DNA of 64,000 nt from Ascidiella aspersa (taxonomy: Eukaryota): assembly GCA_963924565.1 (NCBI GenBank), contig OZ004615.1, forward strand, positions 8,122,001-8,186,000. The letters are read 5' to 3'. How positions within the stretch are numbered: position 1 is the first letter of the stretch; each line of letters opens with the position of its first letter. Shown here in pieces: positions 11,612-24,840 of the stretch. The position numbers and the translations under genes are program-made. Below the pieces are notes generated by a model. That model ran no database searches, was not told the DNA's origin, and saw only the letters and a list, made by a program, of their open reading frames with translations.

Positions 11612-14600
11612 TTTCCACTATAAGCTTTCAATAACCATTTACTCTCAATATTATGTTTTCTGTAATAATAGATGAAAATATTGTCACTTACTTCGCCGAG
11701 CTATAATAATTAAAGATAAACTGTGTTAAATTAAATTATATCCTATAAATACCTACGCAACCTAACTGTAGAAGCTCTATATTCGTAGTAGGCTATACAT
11801 ATTTGCTTAACTCGCTAGCCTTTATTATTGAAAAACAAAACACACAGTGCTTTGAGTAAAAAGTCTTTCAAAATCAATTAAAAACTTGGAAAATGTATTT
11901 AGGTTTTTGTACAGGTTTCAAACCTATAGAAATAAATATAGCCTATAGTTTCTATAATTGCACTAAATTTCTAGTCTTTAATGAGCTAGACTACCACAGC
12001 AAAAGGTTAATTTTTCTATATATCTTTGATCTTATAAATGAAAAGAGCAATAAACGCGTCACATTTTTCTCTGGGCCCGGAAGCCGTTGTAGGCTTCTTA
12101 ATCAAAAAGCAAATTACGTTTGTTGCAAAGTTTACCAACGAAATTTCTGTGTTGAACTCGCTTTTGTCTCTCTTGTTTAATTATTTTGTTGTGGATAATA
12201 ATGTCCTAAAAATATCTAGGTTTACCTAGTTTCATGACTAAACATACAACTAATTTTCGGCAGTTTTGCGCGAGCATTCTAAACGGACAAACCTTTGGCG
12301 GTAAAATCACACAAAAGTTGTTTCTGGCCACTGTTTCATTTCATTGTGTTTTAGCAAAACATGCTTCTGCGCTTGTTTTTGTAAAGGCTTAACTGGCAGT
12401 TTCTGGTACAGCCTGTACTAACAGCCTAAAATTTATAATAATTAACCGTAGTTATGGAAAGTAAACTCCGCCGACCGGGGAATAACCTACGAGAATTTCC
12501 CCATGGTGGTGTTTTGAGCAGAATTAGAAATATTCACTGGGGTTTGCAACCATGGTAGCATTCTAGATCAGGAAACGAAATGTTTTATACTTTGCGCTGT
12601 TGTTCAAATGTTGCCAAAAAAATCTAAAACTCAAATTTGTCTTGCTGCTGCTAGAGCTTACCTAACTAAACCTACGCAACACAGAACAACAGACGATTCA
12701 TTTGCTCACACATCCACTGCAAACAAATACACATATACCTACACACAACGCTATATCTGATACTGGCTATTGTTCATATACTTCAAAAATATTTCGCAAT
12801 TCTGTAGATTACACTTCAATAGCAGAGTTGTGTATTACGCGAAGCATATGCAAACATACGACAGGTAAGTTATATATCCAGACTATATGGTAACATTACA
12901 ACAGGTAAGTTATATATCCAGACTGTATGCTAAACATTTTGGCGACATTCGGATTCTAAATTATTCGCAATGGTTATACAACGATTCGGAACTTTGGTGG
13001 AAACTTTTCCACAAATATTGCACTTTCGCTCTGACGTCGCTTCTGGTAAAACAAGACCGGTAACGCAATTTACAAGCATTCGTGACAAGGGCGACGAGTT
13101 TATGGTACATGTGCAAAGCGGACAGACGATTACAGATGGGCAAAACTAAAACTAAAAACGGTTCGGCGTGGTCGGTAGAAGAGAGCTGATTTCGTTTCTG
13201 ATCATTCAGCAGGCACGACCACCTTCTCTGCCGCTGCCTTTTCACAGGTGGTGTCTTTGCAGGTGCAAGACAAGATGGTTAACTGACTGTGCTTTCTTGG
13301 CGTGGCGTCGTCGCAAACCATCTCGTAGTTCCTCGACGCGGTGAAGGCCGGTTTGCAGCACTTGCACTTCCCTAGGGACAAACAGCGACAAAATTAGGTA
13401 GTTGTAGAAAGCTGTGCTTTTCTTCGGGGCAGCGCCTCGAGAAACTAGTGCTTTCTAGGGTATTTTTACCGCGGTTTTGTCTTTATACAGCCTTAGAGAG
13501 CAACAGGGCCCGCAGGCTAACCTTTTAGCGATTTTGTCTAATTTTACCACTTGGACTAGCGAACCCTTAAGTTATAGCTTTAGTTTACCAACAACGTTAC
13601 CAGTGTCTCTATAGGTTTTAAACAAACAAACAAATAGAAAAAATAAACGTTTAGATAAGCCGTTTTCAAACTGGGGTCCGCAGACCAAATGGAGTCCGTA
13701 CAACAGTTTCAGAGGGTCCGCAAGGAGAACAACTCTTTAAGGTTTTCAACATTAGGCTTTGGCGAATTTTGTAAACACTAGTCTATGTTTTAAACATGAT
13801 CTGTCATCATTATCCTCTTTAGTTATGCTTTATTATTCGATCATGTGGAGTGTTTTATGATGTCTCTTGTGACATCATAAAGCAACTATTATACTCTACT
13901 ATACCTGATGTCAGCGAATCGTTCGCCTTAGTTAGAAAGTTGTTACATTGGAAAGAATCGTCACTACACTAGTGTACAACAAGAAACATGGGTCAAATGA
14001 CCCTTGAACTTTTATAGGGCGGCGAAATATCAAAGTAATTGCAAAGGGTCCGCCAGGCAAATTTTCTGGAAAAGTTTAAGAACCGCTGGTTAAGATAACC
14101 CTCGTATCTACCATTATTCTATCACTCCTGTTTCGTGCCAGCTTAGTTGGTAGTTTGAATAATGACAACGAATTGACTGCGCTTGTTATCCCCAAACCAT
14201 GCACTGTAGCCAAAGAAGAGATTTTTACCTGCTATGAGACCCGACGTAGGGTTGATGTGCTGTGTGGTAGGGCACGATCTCGAGCAGTAGTTGATGTCGT
14301 AGGCCTTGTTTGTCCAGCAGCGGTGACCTTCGACGGTAGCATTGAGAATTACGTTCCGAGTGCCGACTGCGCACGGGTAGGGCGACTCTTCACCTTTAAA
14401 ATGGAAAGTAAAGTTTTAGTCTTGCTTTTATGCAGATGTTTCGTCGTTCACATAAACATCGTACAAACGCTGGGTAGCCCGAACTGGCCAAATTTGTCGT
14501 GCTCCGCGCAAATATAAATTGTATTTCTGGTGTGTCTTATCCTTTTAGATAAAATTGTTTTAGCATAAAAGTGTCCTGCGTCCTATAGCACTCTAAAAAT

Positions 14601-15436
14601 GAAACTTTGGGGTTGAACGATATAACGCCGCTTTGCGCAAGTCGATAACATTGTTGCAATGTGTGGTGTACTAAAGGTTACTCTTTATGACGATTTAGAT
14701 GTGACGCTACAGATGTCACTTTTTGACGTCTTTCATGAAAAGAAAAATGATATTGTCATTCGCAAAAGAAAACTCTTAGATGCGTTAATCAGTTCAACTG
14801 TGTTGTACCGCCATAGGGGAAAAACTAAAATTTACTTTTATTTAGGTCCTCTTAGTCGTTATGCCAGCCCTATAGCTTTTCGTCAAATAACTGATTCCAA
14901 ATCAACCTGTTTAAGGTAGCTTTTTACGCTGATCGTGTGAATTTGTTAGTACCACCAACTGTAAATAACCCTCAAGAAAGCAAACTCGTATACTTACAGT
15001 ACTTGCAGCAGCCAGAAGTAGAAAGGTTGGCAAGAATCCGTCCACCCCTCTGTGCAACATATAACAGTTTGGTTTAGTTTAAACAGAAATAATTCAATAA
15101 AATGTTTTTTTAGGTAGATCAGACAGGCGGTCCATGACTAATCCCTTAATTTCAAACATTTTCAAATAGTCGTAATAGGCATTTAATAAAAAAAAACGAT
15201 GCAGATATTTGCCCCGATTTTTGTTATTTACATTGTCCCGACAGTGGTGATTAGAATAACTGCAATTTTTCGAAGAATAAGAATACTAGTTCTCGACAAA
15301 ATATACCCGTTCAGATGGGAATGTTGTACTGCATACTTACCTCAACGCAAGGTTGGTTTATCGGCTCGCACCCGTACTTATTGTAGGAGACGATTTGCGG
15401 ACATTTGGTGGTTGTATTGTATTCGCAGCTCGATGC

Positions 15437-16881
15437 CACCCGATTCGATTTGTTTTCAACGCTTGTAGCGTTCGTATTAGGATAATTCGGGGCTTTGAAG
15501 CGTCTGTGTTAGATTATGTGTTAGAAATTAGACGCTTTAAGCGTAGTGTTTTAGAACAGGATACAGGCGAACAGCGAATGCGCAGACTAATCATGCATAA
15601 CGAAACGTTGCCAAGCGATGCAAACTACAGATTTTTTATCTTGAACAGTTTTGGAAATTAGAAATGCAGAAATGTTTATTGTTTATAACTGTACCAAGTT
15701 AATGCGATGTTTATAATTTTGGCGGTGGTCTAGAATCTTACCACAATAACTAAATCAACGCACAGTATTTGGATTAGGGTGCTAGTTAGCGTTTGGATTT
15801 GGGTGGGTCAAGTATGGCGCTCTTTCACTATTGTACGTCAAAATTAATAAAAAAATTTTTTTCTTCAAATGTCGCATACCACAACACATATTGTTTGGGT
15901 TAGGGTGCGGGTTTGCGTTTGGTTGAGGGTGGGTCAAGTTATTATTAATAATAAACATAATATTACTTGACCCACCCTCACCCAAACGCTAACCCGCACC
16001 CTAATCCAAACAATATGCGTTGTGGTATGCGGTATTATTATTATTTTTTTTTTGCATAACTTTTCACGTACAATAGTGAAAGAGCGCCTCAAGTATTAGT
16101 ATTAAATAAAGAATATTATAATACTTCACCCACCCACACCCAAACGCTAACTCGCACCCTAACTCAAATTTTGTGCCTTGATTTCATAACTGTGGTAGGA
16201 TTCTAGACCAGCGCCGAAAGCAGACCAGAGATACACTTTTTCGTGCTGGTCTAAAGTCCTACCACAACGCGCATTATTTCGGTTAGGGTTTAAAATGAAT
16301 ATAAGAATACTTGACCCACCCACACCCAAACACTAACTCTCGCCGCCACTAACCCTAATATTGTGCGTTGATTTAATAATGTGGTAGGATTCTAGACCAG
16401 CGCCCTTTTTTAACTTTGTTGCACCTGCATCCGCGTGTTCTGTTATACTTTCCAGGCTGGGGTAAGGGTGGTTCAAGTATTATCATTAATAGTATTGCTT
16501 AACCTATACCCAAACCGAAACGCTAACCCGCACCCTAACCCAAATAATGTTCGCTAAGGTAGGCTTCAGCAACAATAAAAGCTTTTATCTGCTATTTACT
16601 GGGTAAAATTATAAACATCGCATTAACTTGGTACAGTTATAAACATTTCTGCATTTCTAATATCCAAAACTGTACAAGATAAAAAATCTGTAGTTTGCAT
16701 CGCTTGGCAACGTTTCGTTATGCATGATTAGTCTGCGCATTCGCTGTTCGCCTGTATCCTGTTCTAAAACACTACGCTTAAAGCGTCTAATTTCTAACAC
16801 ATATTCTAACACAGACGCTTCAAAGCCCCGAATTATCCTAATACGAACGCTACAAGCGTTGAAAACAAATCGAATCGGGTG
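15437..16881. mobile_element. Non-autonomous foldback-type DNA transposon with ~285-bp terminal inverted repeats (P/Galileo-like TSD length)
   Basis: Ends CACCCGATTCG...CGAATCGGGTG; 7-bp TSD TCGATGC (15430-15436, 16882-16888); empty site at ~52430-52436. Confidence 0.88.
15816..16088. mobile_element. Palindromic MITE (Merlin-like, GG...CC ends) nested in a related MITE (15721-16215) inside the foldback element
   Basis: Ends GGCGCTCTTTCACTATTGTACG...CGTACAATAGTGAAAGAGCGCC; 8-bp TSD TCAAGTAT (15808-15815, 16089-16096). Confidence 0.8.
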
Positions 16882-17363
16882 TCGATGCATAACAGGAGTC
16901 GTTTCGGATAGAGCTTCCAATCTAAAAACAACGGAGCATGAGGTAGTAAACTTTTGTAACTGCTGTCGTTTGAATCGCAAGCCAAAATTTGCACAAAAAA
17001 TGACTAAAAACGTGGCACATTTGAGTTTATAAATAAACGGTTTTCGTTCCGCATTGCAAAAAGATCTTATAAAAGGATCGTCGCCAAAAAAAAAGGGCGT
17101 TCGTGTATAATGACAGTAAGTACACTGCGAATTGCAGTCAGGTAGACATTTCAGGGAACCAATTAATAATGTTTCGATTTCGTCTACCACTCTTAATTAA
17201 ATTTCCTGGAAAACATCTAAAATTGATGCGTACATCGGAGAAAAAGGTTGAATCCGCCATGTGAAAACATACAGAGACTTACCGGGAAAACGATTTCGTT
17301 TTGCACGCACTTGTCGCAGACGCAGTCGAACTCAGGGAAACACTCACTGACGGCGTTGGTACG

Positions 17364-17893
17364 CCAGATTGGAAACTTTGGATGTTGCGCGGGGGAGATG
17401 TTTTGCAGCTGAAAAAATGCGCGGCTGAAAATAAAATTTCGACTTGAACTTGCGCGGCTGAAAATAAACCATCAGGCTACCGAAAGTTGTAAATTGCGAA
17501 TTTATATTAAACTTACAGCGTTCATAGAATACTTGAATCACTGCGCAATTTTTGGTTGGTTTGCGGGCGCAGTGCGCATGCATTTAATATGCAATATTAC
17601 TCGAAATAGCCTAATTTGACGTCACTAAACACGTGACCGTTGTCCACTGATGCGTGACCAAATCGCCGAATTGTGCGTTTTTAGCGTTTCGCAAGTGATT
17701 CTATATGATGCATTATATTATATACGTCTTATAAACTAGCGTTAAAAAATGTTATGCAACTTCAGTATGCGGCCCGCCAATTTTTTTTGTGCTGGTTAAG
17801 TTTCATACAGAAGTTTGCGCGGCTGAAGTTTTGCGCGTTTGCTCGAGTAAGATTTGCGCGGCTGAACACATTTTTCCAAACTTTCCAACCTGG
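17364..17893. mobile_element. Non-autonomous DNA transposon (hAT-like) inserted in a mucin pseudo-exon
   Basis: Ends CCAGATTGGAAA...TTTCCAACCTGG; TSD TTGGTACG (17356-17363, 17894-17901); subterminal TGCGCGGCTGAA repeats; absent from paralogous sites at ~36495 and ~52915. Confidence 0.85.
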
Positions 17894-18775
17894 TTGGTAC
17901 GTACGCGCCTCAAACCGATCGAACAGGTTATGTTCCACTGGACGCAGACCGACTGTAGCATGGCGTTGTTCATACATTGGAACTTGTACTTGGGGCAGCA
18001 CGGGCCAGTCTTGCTATTGCGCTGCACCAGCTGAAATCAAAGACAATTGTATGGTTTGGGTTTAGTTCGGTAGAGGCGGAGAACATACGAGACAGTTTTT
18101 TTTAATAAAAAAAATAAAAATAAAATCCATAAAAAATAGATTTTTTGAACTTGTTTCATCAGTCTGTATGATTTAACTGCATTTGTTAACTATACTTAAA
18201 CTCTCGTTTAAACAAATATTAGTCCTGTACTTGGACTGAGTTGTGAATCCCTGGCCTGACGTATAATATGGATTATACTATTTTCCACTCTATAAAACTA
18301 GTTTTGTTTTTATGTTTTCGACTACTGATGAATACATAGTCATGAAAGAACTGAAACAATTTTTCAACTCCGACTCCAGAAAGAGCTGAACACTCAAAGT
18401 ATTTAGCATCCATGATTTCCTCTGCCATCTTTTGTCCTTCCGCTGAAATGAGAATAACAAAAACGGCGCTTTAATTTCGTAAACTGCATAATGACAAGGT
18501 TTGTAGAGTTTTTGTGCGAAATCTTTTCTCCTTGAATTTATTTAAACTCGATATGGCCGAGAACAGCACGTACTTTGGGCCAGTTGTGTTGTGTTTTCAT
18601 GTTTTGCATCTCTGTTTTTTAGTATCTTTTTCTATTTGCTAAGTATACGAGTTATTATAAGCTGTTAAACGTCGTGTACTACTTCGACTGTTATGGCTAG
18701 GGCGACATATAAATTAGCATTTTAACGAATTTTGACCAAAAATGTTTGTTTTGCAATATTTTGATTTGTTATTGC

Positions 18776-19397
18776 TGTTACGTGTTTATCAACACTTAAA
18801 CACCCAAATTAATTAATTGCCATAAGCCAAATCTTAGAGTTCATTAAGTGATTTTACGATTTGATAAATAGGGTTTTAGATTACGCGTTTCAGCTTTCGT
18901 TTGCCAAATATGTTCTTCAGTTACAAAATAACATATTTGATGATGTAAAGTTTTCCGTATTGTTGTGTGTAAAATTCCTGAGTTTTCCTGCTTCAGTTCG
19001 CCTCGTTTCAAACTTGACATGTAACCTTTAATCTCGTAATCTATAACTGTCAGTCTTGCGGCGGTTTTCTCACGTTCTGCAAAACAAGCCACTTGTTCGC
19101 TGGCGTCTGACTCCCGCTGCAAATTGGTCTTAGAATAGCCGCTGTAATGCCTTGCCATGTTTTCAGAGTGCCGGCCAGTCTTATTGGCCAAATATGACGT
19201 AATTTTCGTGTTCTTTTTCTTCCTACGTATTGGCTATATACATGTCGTTTCTTAGCGGCTTTGAGCTTTTCTCTAGAGAAGTCTTTTGCGAAGTTTTAGC
19301 CGACAGTCGCTGCAATAGGCGGTGGCTGTCTGTCTCACATTAACTTGAAAATAACGTTCACTAATGCTATTTGATAACGTTTTAATTCGTTGTAACA
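18776..19397. mobile_element. LTR-like sequence (TGTTAC...GTAACA)
   Basis: 6-bp terminal inverted repeat with TG...CA ends; first 244 bp recur as an insertion at 50240-50483; missing from unit 2 (~37385); no clean TSD here. Confidence 0.45.
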
Positions 19398-20853
19398 ATA
19401 TACTTTTAATTGGAATTTTAGTTGTGGTTATGACAGGTAGCATATCTGACCAGAAACCTTTGCAAACAACAAGAACTCGCGCGGTTGCGACCCGCCGGGC
19501 AACTGTATGGGGTCAGGGGCCAGGCCCCAGTGCACAGGTCGCGGCGGGGGCGCAACAATTGCCCTCTGTCAATATTGGTAGGGCAACATATGTTTAGACC
19601 TTAGAAATCGACGATCTTGAAACGCTTGTTTTTTTGATTTAGTCGTACGATTTGGGTGTTTATCCAATACTTTTTTCTGCGTGGTTTTTAACAACATGAA
19701 GTTTAAATTAAAACACGTTATCGCCCTAATTTCTCCCAAAGTAACTTTGTAATCAAGTCAAAACGATGTTTTGCCTTTGTGTAAGGCAAGAAAATATCCA
19801 TCGAAAGCGATATATATTAGGTTTATGTGCAACAAATTAGTTTCCGGGGTGCAGGAGTATATATTAAACGTTACTATGTAGTAACTCGTCCATCAACGTA
19901 TTAAGGAAGAAAATTCTTCCTGAACGACACTGATTTTGCAACTTTGTAGTTATATTGTGGCAGCCTTAAGAAACATGTGGAAAGAAAGTACAACTCAGAT
20001 CAGTTTGGACCCAGATAGGCGTTTAAGGGTTAAGCACCTTATTTCTCTAAAATATATTAAAGATTGACTCCGTAATGCAGTTGTTTCTAAATTGAAAGTT
20101 ACAACACTGAAAGTATTTGGGATTTGTTGGACCAAATATTATTTTGGGAAGGAGGCGCTAGTTTTCATGAATTGTGTCAAGAGAGGCGTTACAAATGTTA
20201 AGCAACCCGGCCTTACAATGTCCCGATGAACATGTTTTCACCGTAATTTAGTTAACGTCATTGTTCCGTGTTTTGCACTTAATAATACCGCTATTTCACA
20301 ATAAAACAGTCGCATTTTTAGCACTTAGCGCGACCCCTTGCACACTTTTCTTTACTTTCGACTTGAGTGGCATGTTTGCTTTTCCAACGTAACAGATGGG
20401 TTCTTAGCCTACTCGTTTTATATCGGGAATTTTACTAATTTATTAATTATTGTTAATTTCATTTAAATAAATATCCAAAATATATCGTCAAATTGTAGCA
20501 CCGACGGCAGGTTAGCTCCGAATTATTTTGTTTTTTTGTTGGTAAAAGCGAAAACTGCTCAACCTGAGTATTATTACGGCTCAGGATGTTATTAGTATAT
20601 ATACGTTTTTCGATTAACTACAGTACCTACATGATTCGCGAAAACACCTAAGCATTTTTCATGTGTAGGCCTATTGGTTGAAGTGCCTGTAAGCGTATAA
20701 GAAATATAATGATTAACCAATTTAAGGGTGATCAAACGTTTTAGGTCGCATTTTAAAATTTAGTGAAACATGGATAGTCGCACAAAGTGAATAAACGTGG
20801 GGGAAACTTTTGGTAGCCTACGCCAGACTGAGTAGTATTTTGGGAAATGCATC

Positions 20854-20977
20854 GAGGGCTGCGGAGTCGGTTAAAAATAACCCGAGTCCGACCCTAGCAA
20901 ATAAAAAAATTCATTTCCGACTTCCTCCAAAGTGCGATTTCGTCGAGTCCCGAGTCCGGCTGCGACTCTGCAACCTG
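20854..20977. mobile_element. Small MITE relic (agggctgcggagtcgg...cgactctgcaacctg)
   Basis: Degenerate terminal inverted repeats and internal gagtc/cgact motifs; related pieces at ~21585-21652, ~29410-29775 and in unit 2. Confidence 0.45.
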
Positions 20978-22313
20978 TATTTATTTCAGCCATTTACGTA
21001 ACTAAATTAAGGTGGATTTTCAACAATTCCCTCGTATGATTGTAATTCATCCACTCGCAATACATGTTAAAAATATCCACTTTGGCCAGGGGTGGGCAAC
21101 GTGCGGCCCTTTTCAGTTTTTTGTGCGGCCCTTCACCTTCTTTCAGCTATTTTTCCCTAAATAAGGCTACGGGTTTGAACCATGTTGGGACTTTTGCTCT
21201 ATCAGCTTCCTGTTTGAAGTACAATGTAACCCGTAGGCTACATCGCTACTCTAATGCAGTTAAACTTGAATGGAAAGCCTCTATGACAAAACAATCTACA
21301 TTCATAAAGTTTTACTGGTGTAACGTTGTTATGATAAAGAATTGTTTTGCAACAATTACACTTGTCTAGTATGGTCAAGGTGTAACATACTTTTGCCACG
21401 CATATTGACTGAGATTTTATGTTTAACAGCTGGTTTTGAATTAAGGCTGTTAATCAAATTGTTCTAAGCTGATCCGTACGAGAAAGGCGTCAGTGGAATT
21501 GTAGGAAAAGTTATTTCCGAATTCACAAGTATACAGCACTGACAAAACTGCCGTACTGGCAGCCTACTAGCTCATTAGTTTTGAGTTCCGAGTCCGACCT
21601 CAGAAAACAAACCGACTATACATACAATCCCAAATCCGACTACGCAGCCCTGATTACAACACAGTGAGTTAAATACTATTTTGTTAACTTATATCCGCTA
21701 ATGCTTTTTATCGATTTTAAGTAAATCGGATTCGGCCCGCCAATGTAATTCATCCGGCCCGCAACCTCTTTGATAAATTAGACACGAGTCCATTTCAAAT
21801 ACTTTTTGACTATTTTAAAAACGTAAGCGCTTTCTCGATTGGACTGTATTTCAGCTGCATATTTGCCAACAAGTTTGCATTAAAACATTATAGCCTATGT
21901 TACATAGGTTATATCAATTTCAGTAAGCGGCCCGCGAAGTTTTTGTTGACCCTTGTACCTGTGCTAAAGCTACCTCAACTAAGTTTAGGGTTGTCATATT
22001 TCAGGTCAGAAAAATATTGGTAAAATCTGTGTCTAAATAAAACGATAAAATGTGCTTAAAAGCCTAGAATTATAAATATGTTTGCAAAAAATGACACAAA
22101 TATTTGTTTACAGTCCAATAATTTTGTTTAAAACTGTATACTCTATTAGATTTGTTTTTACGATTGGTATTGATTTTGTAACACAACATTCAATCTTAGA
22201 CTTGCCACACCTTTATCTCGTTTGTCCACTTGTCATTTACTGTACGTCACACAAGATGGTGTTTTATTAGTAAGTCATTCGGTTTTTGTTCTTGAAAAAT
22301 AGTTTCAAGCAAA

Positions 22314-22516
22314 ATGGTTGGAGGTTGTAGTAAGACGTAATAAGAATATCAAAGCCCATACAGAAGTGGGTATCATTTTGGACGTTTCGAATAACTCTTT
22401 ATTCATTTTCAACATCATATTTCAAGATATTTTTCAAGATGTTGAAAATGAATAAAGAGTTATTCGAAACGTCCAAAATGATACCTACTTCTGTATGGGC
22501 TTTGAAATTCTTATTA
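22314..22516. mobile_element. Short hairpin insertion, Penelope-like retroelement footprint
   Basis: 13-bp TSD AGTTTCAAGCAAA (22301-22313, 22517-22529); ~79-bp inverted arms 22338-22416 and 22438-22516; empty site at 40271-40283. Confidence 0.7.
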
Positions 22517-24840
22517 AGTTTCAAGCAAAGTTTGACGTTTTTAATGCGTTTATGTCGTTTTTTTTATATCGAAGCTGGTATATGTTCTTAATGCGTCACG
22601 ATTATTTCTGAAATCTATTTTAAAAAGTTTGGCGTAAATATATTTTCGTGCGGTTCGCGCAATCACACTGTACGTAATTGCTTGTTTGCCTCTGCTTCGC
22701 ACGAGGACAGGTTCCTTGAGAATGAGATACGTTATGGCATGTAATGATGTTCAATTTATCCATGGGTACGCAATATTGGGTCGGTGTTACATTTGGTTAG
22801 TTTAATATAGTTAGCTTATGGAGATTGGTCCTGAGCAAGATTTCTGCAAACAAAATGTTGAAGCAATATAAAGACAGGCCTCATATTAATTAAATCCGAA
22901 TTTAATTAATATGCTCATGTGTAATGTTTTGTTTACTTTAAGCTCAAAAGTGTTTTAATGAAGAGAGTAGTTGAGTCGCCAAAGCTTTACTTTGATACTT
23001 AAGCTTAGTATTTGGGTGGCAGCCAAAAAAGATTAACAAACCCTGCGTAATGGCGTCATATTCGCTCTATACTTTGCCCTTCCCCAACAAACAGTTAACA
23101 TGTGTTTCAAATAGTTGGGTAAAACATTATTTTAAAGTGAATATCAAATTAGTGTAGTAATAAATTTTAAAATTTGCAGTAGAAATAGTTATTAGGACGA
23201 AACCAAATAAAAACATTTGGCAAATAGAATTAATAAATTTTCACTGAATAAAACATACATAACTGTTTAAATGGTTTTAGTTTATTATGGGATTTCTGAA
23301 ATAACCCGAGCTCACTAAACAGTATGTGACTCCAAAAACCGCTAACGCTTGGCTGCAAATGAATAATATCTGTTGAGAGGCAACAACTGGAAAAACAATA
23401 AAGGCTATAGTCTACGCCGTAGGACTACGCTAGCGACTTACACGGCTGAAAAGTAATTTGACCCTAAATTCGAATGTATGCGGCTCACAAGCTGCTTTTC
23501 ATGGCGTTTATTGCTAAGTAACAAAGCATACAATTGAATTTGGATGAATAACAAGACACAACATATAACGGGGCAACATGACAACACACAAAGTATAGTT
23601 GGGGATGAAAAGCATTACACAAATCAGAGTTGGGCTAAAAACTCATACAATGTCTACGGCTAAAAAAATATATTTTGCCAAATAATAACACCAAAAGCAT
23701 ATAGTTGGGTTAAATAACAACACACGTAATATTTTTATACATTTTTCCAACACAAAAAGCAATGCACACCAACTATCAGGAACTGGTATTTACAAATTTC
23801 TTATATTGATAGCACGAAACACCGGCTAAATATGCCAAGACGATAGTTTAAGAAATACACAGCATGCACGATTACAATATTAGATAATTGATGTTAAGTT
23901 TAAAGATTAGGAGAATTGCGAATAAATGGATGTTTAAAGGAGATGCGAAAAACGTAAAAATATACCAAAATAATTGGTGTTGTTTATATTAGAAGAATGC
24001 TTACAGGTCCTCACAAGAAAAATGGTATAAAAGAATGTAACACAAAAAATGGTACACATCTGTATATACTTGTAATGATCTTTCGCAATAAATTGAATGT
24101 TTAACAAACTTCAATGAGATACCTGTTGCTGTATTCTCGATCTTTAACATATATTATTAAACAAGGACGTCACAAATTTGGTACAAGCATTATCATATGA
24201 AAACATTATGGCGAGTAGACGCCGCTATAACAGCACAAGCGGTAAATATTAATTAGTGTCTAAAAAACGAATATATAATGTAATACAACCGGCCGCAACA
24301 ACTAAACACTGAGCATAAAATTCACAAAAAAGAGAAAGCATCACGCGTCTACATTTTTTTCGGAAAGGGCATTGAACAAACATCGATCTAGGAAACAGCC
24401 CGGATGTAAGGCCTATGTTTCAAGGAGGCGTTTTGCTAATTGAAAGTCAATTTTCATTTTGTATATCCATGAAATAGCCAAATTGCTGTAGGTTTTCGTG
24501 TTAGCAAAGTATCGAGAAATTTACATTACGTAATCATAATGCGAAAAAGTTGTTTAGAAACAAAAAATATTTTTTTTACCCAACGGATAAAGCCTACTCA
24601 CTGTGACTCAGACTGACACAGGATAACTATATAATATAGCTCATTTACAAAAAATGTAATATTGCAAATTATGCAGATGAATAATAACATTTACAGGGTG
24701 TTTTGTGGTCTAATCAAAGTAAATCATTACATAAGATACAATAAAGGCATCATTCGTCTCCAGAAAAAAAATGAAAAAGCGAACAGCATGAATGGAGGAA
24801 AATCAGCCGCGGCTCGGACTGTTGGTTGCGAAGGTCTGAT

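Larger units (their letters stand above)
13202..18030 (-). pseudogene. Duplicated last five exons of the mucin/vWF-like gene, disrupted by two transposon insertions
   Basis: Matches 49920-53050. The IGSSIRNDSC exon is split by element 15437-16881 and the QRNSKTGPCC exon by element 17364-17893. No upstream exons (homology ends ~18090). Confidence 0.88.

Noticed and set aside
15890-16545. Telomeric repeats (ccctaa/ttaggg)
   Set aside because: Isolated hexamers within MITE subterminal motifs, not tandem arrays
15353-17190. ORFs sharing HPIRFVFNACSV on both strands
   Set aside because: Read-through of the foldback inverted arms; no transposase motifs
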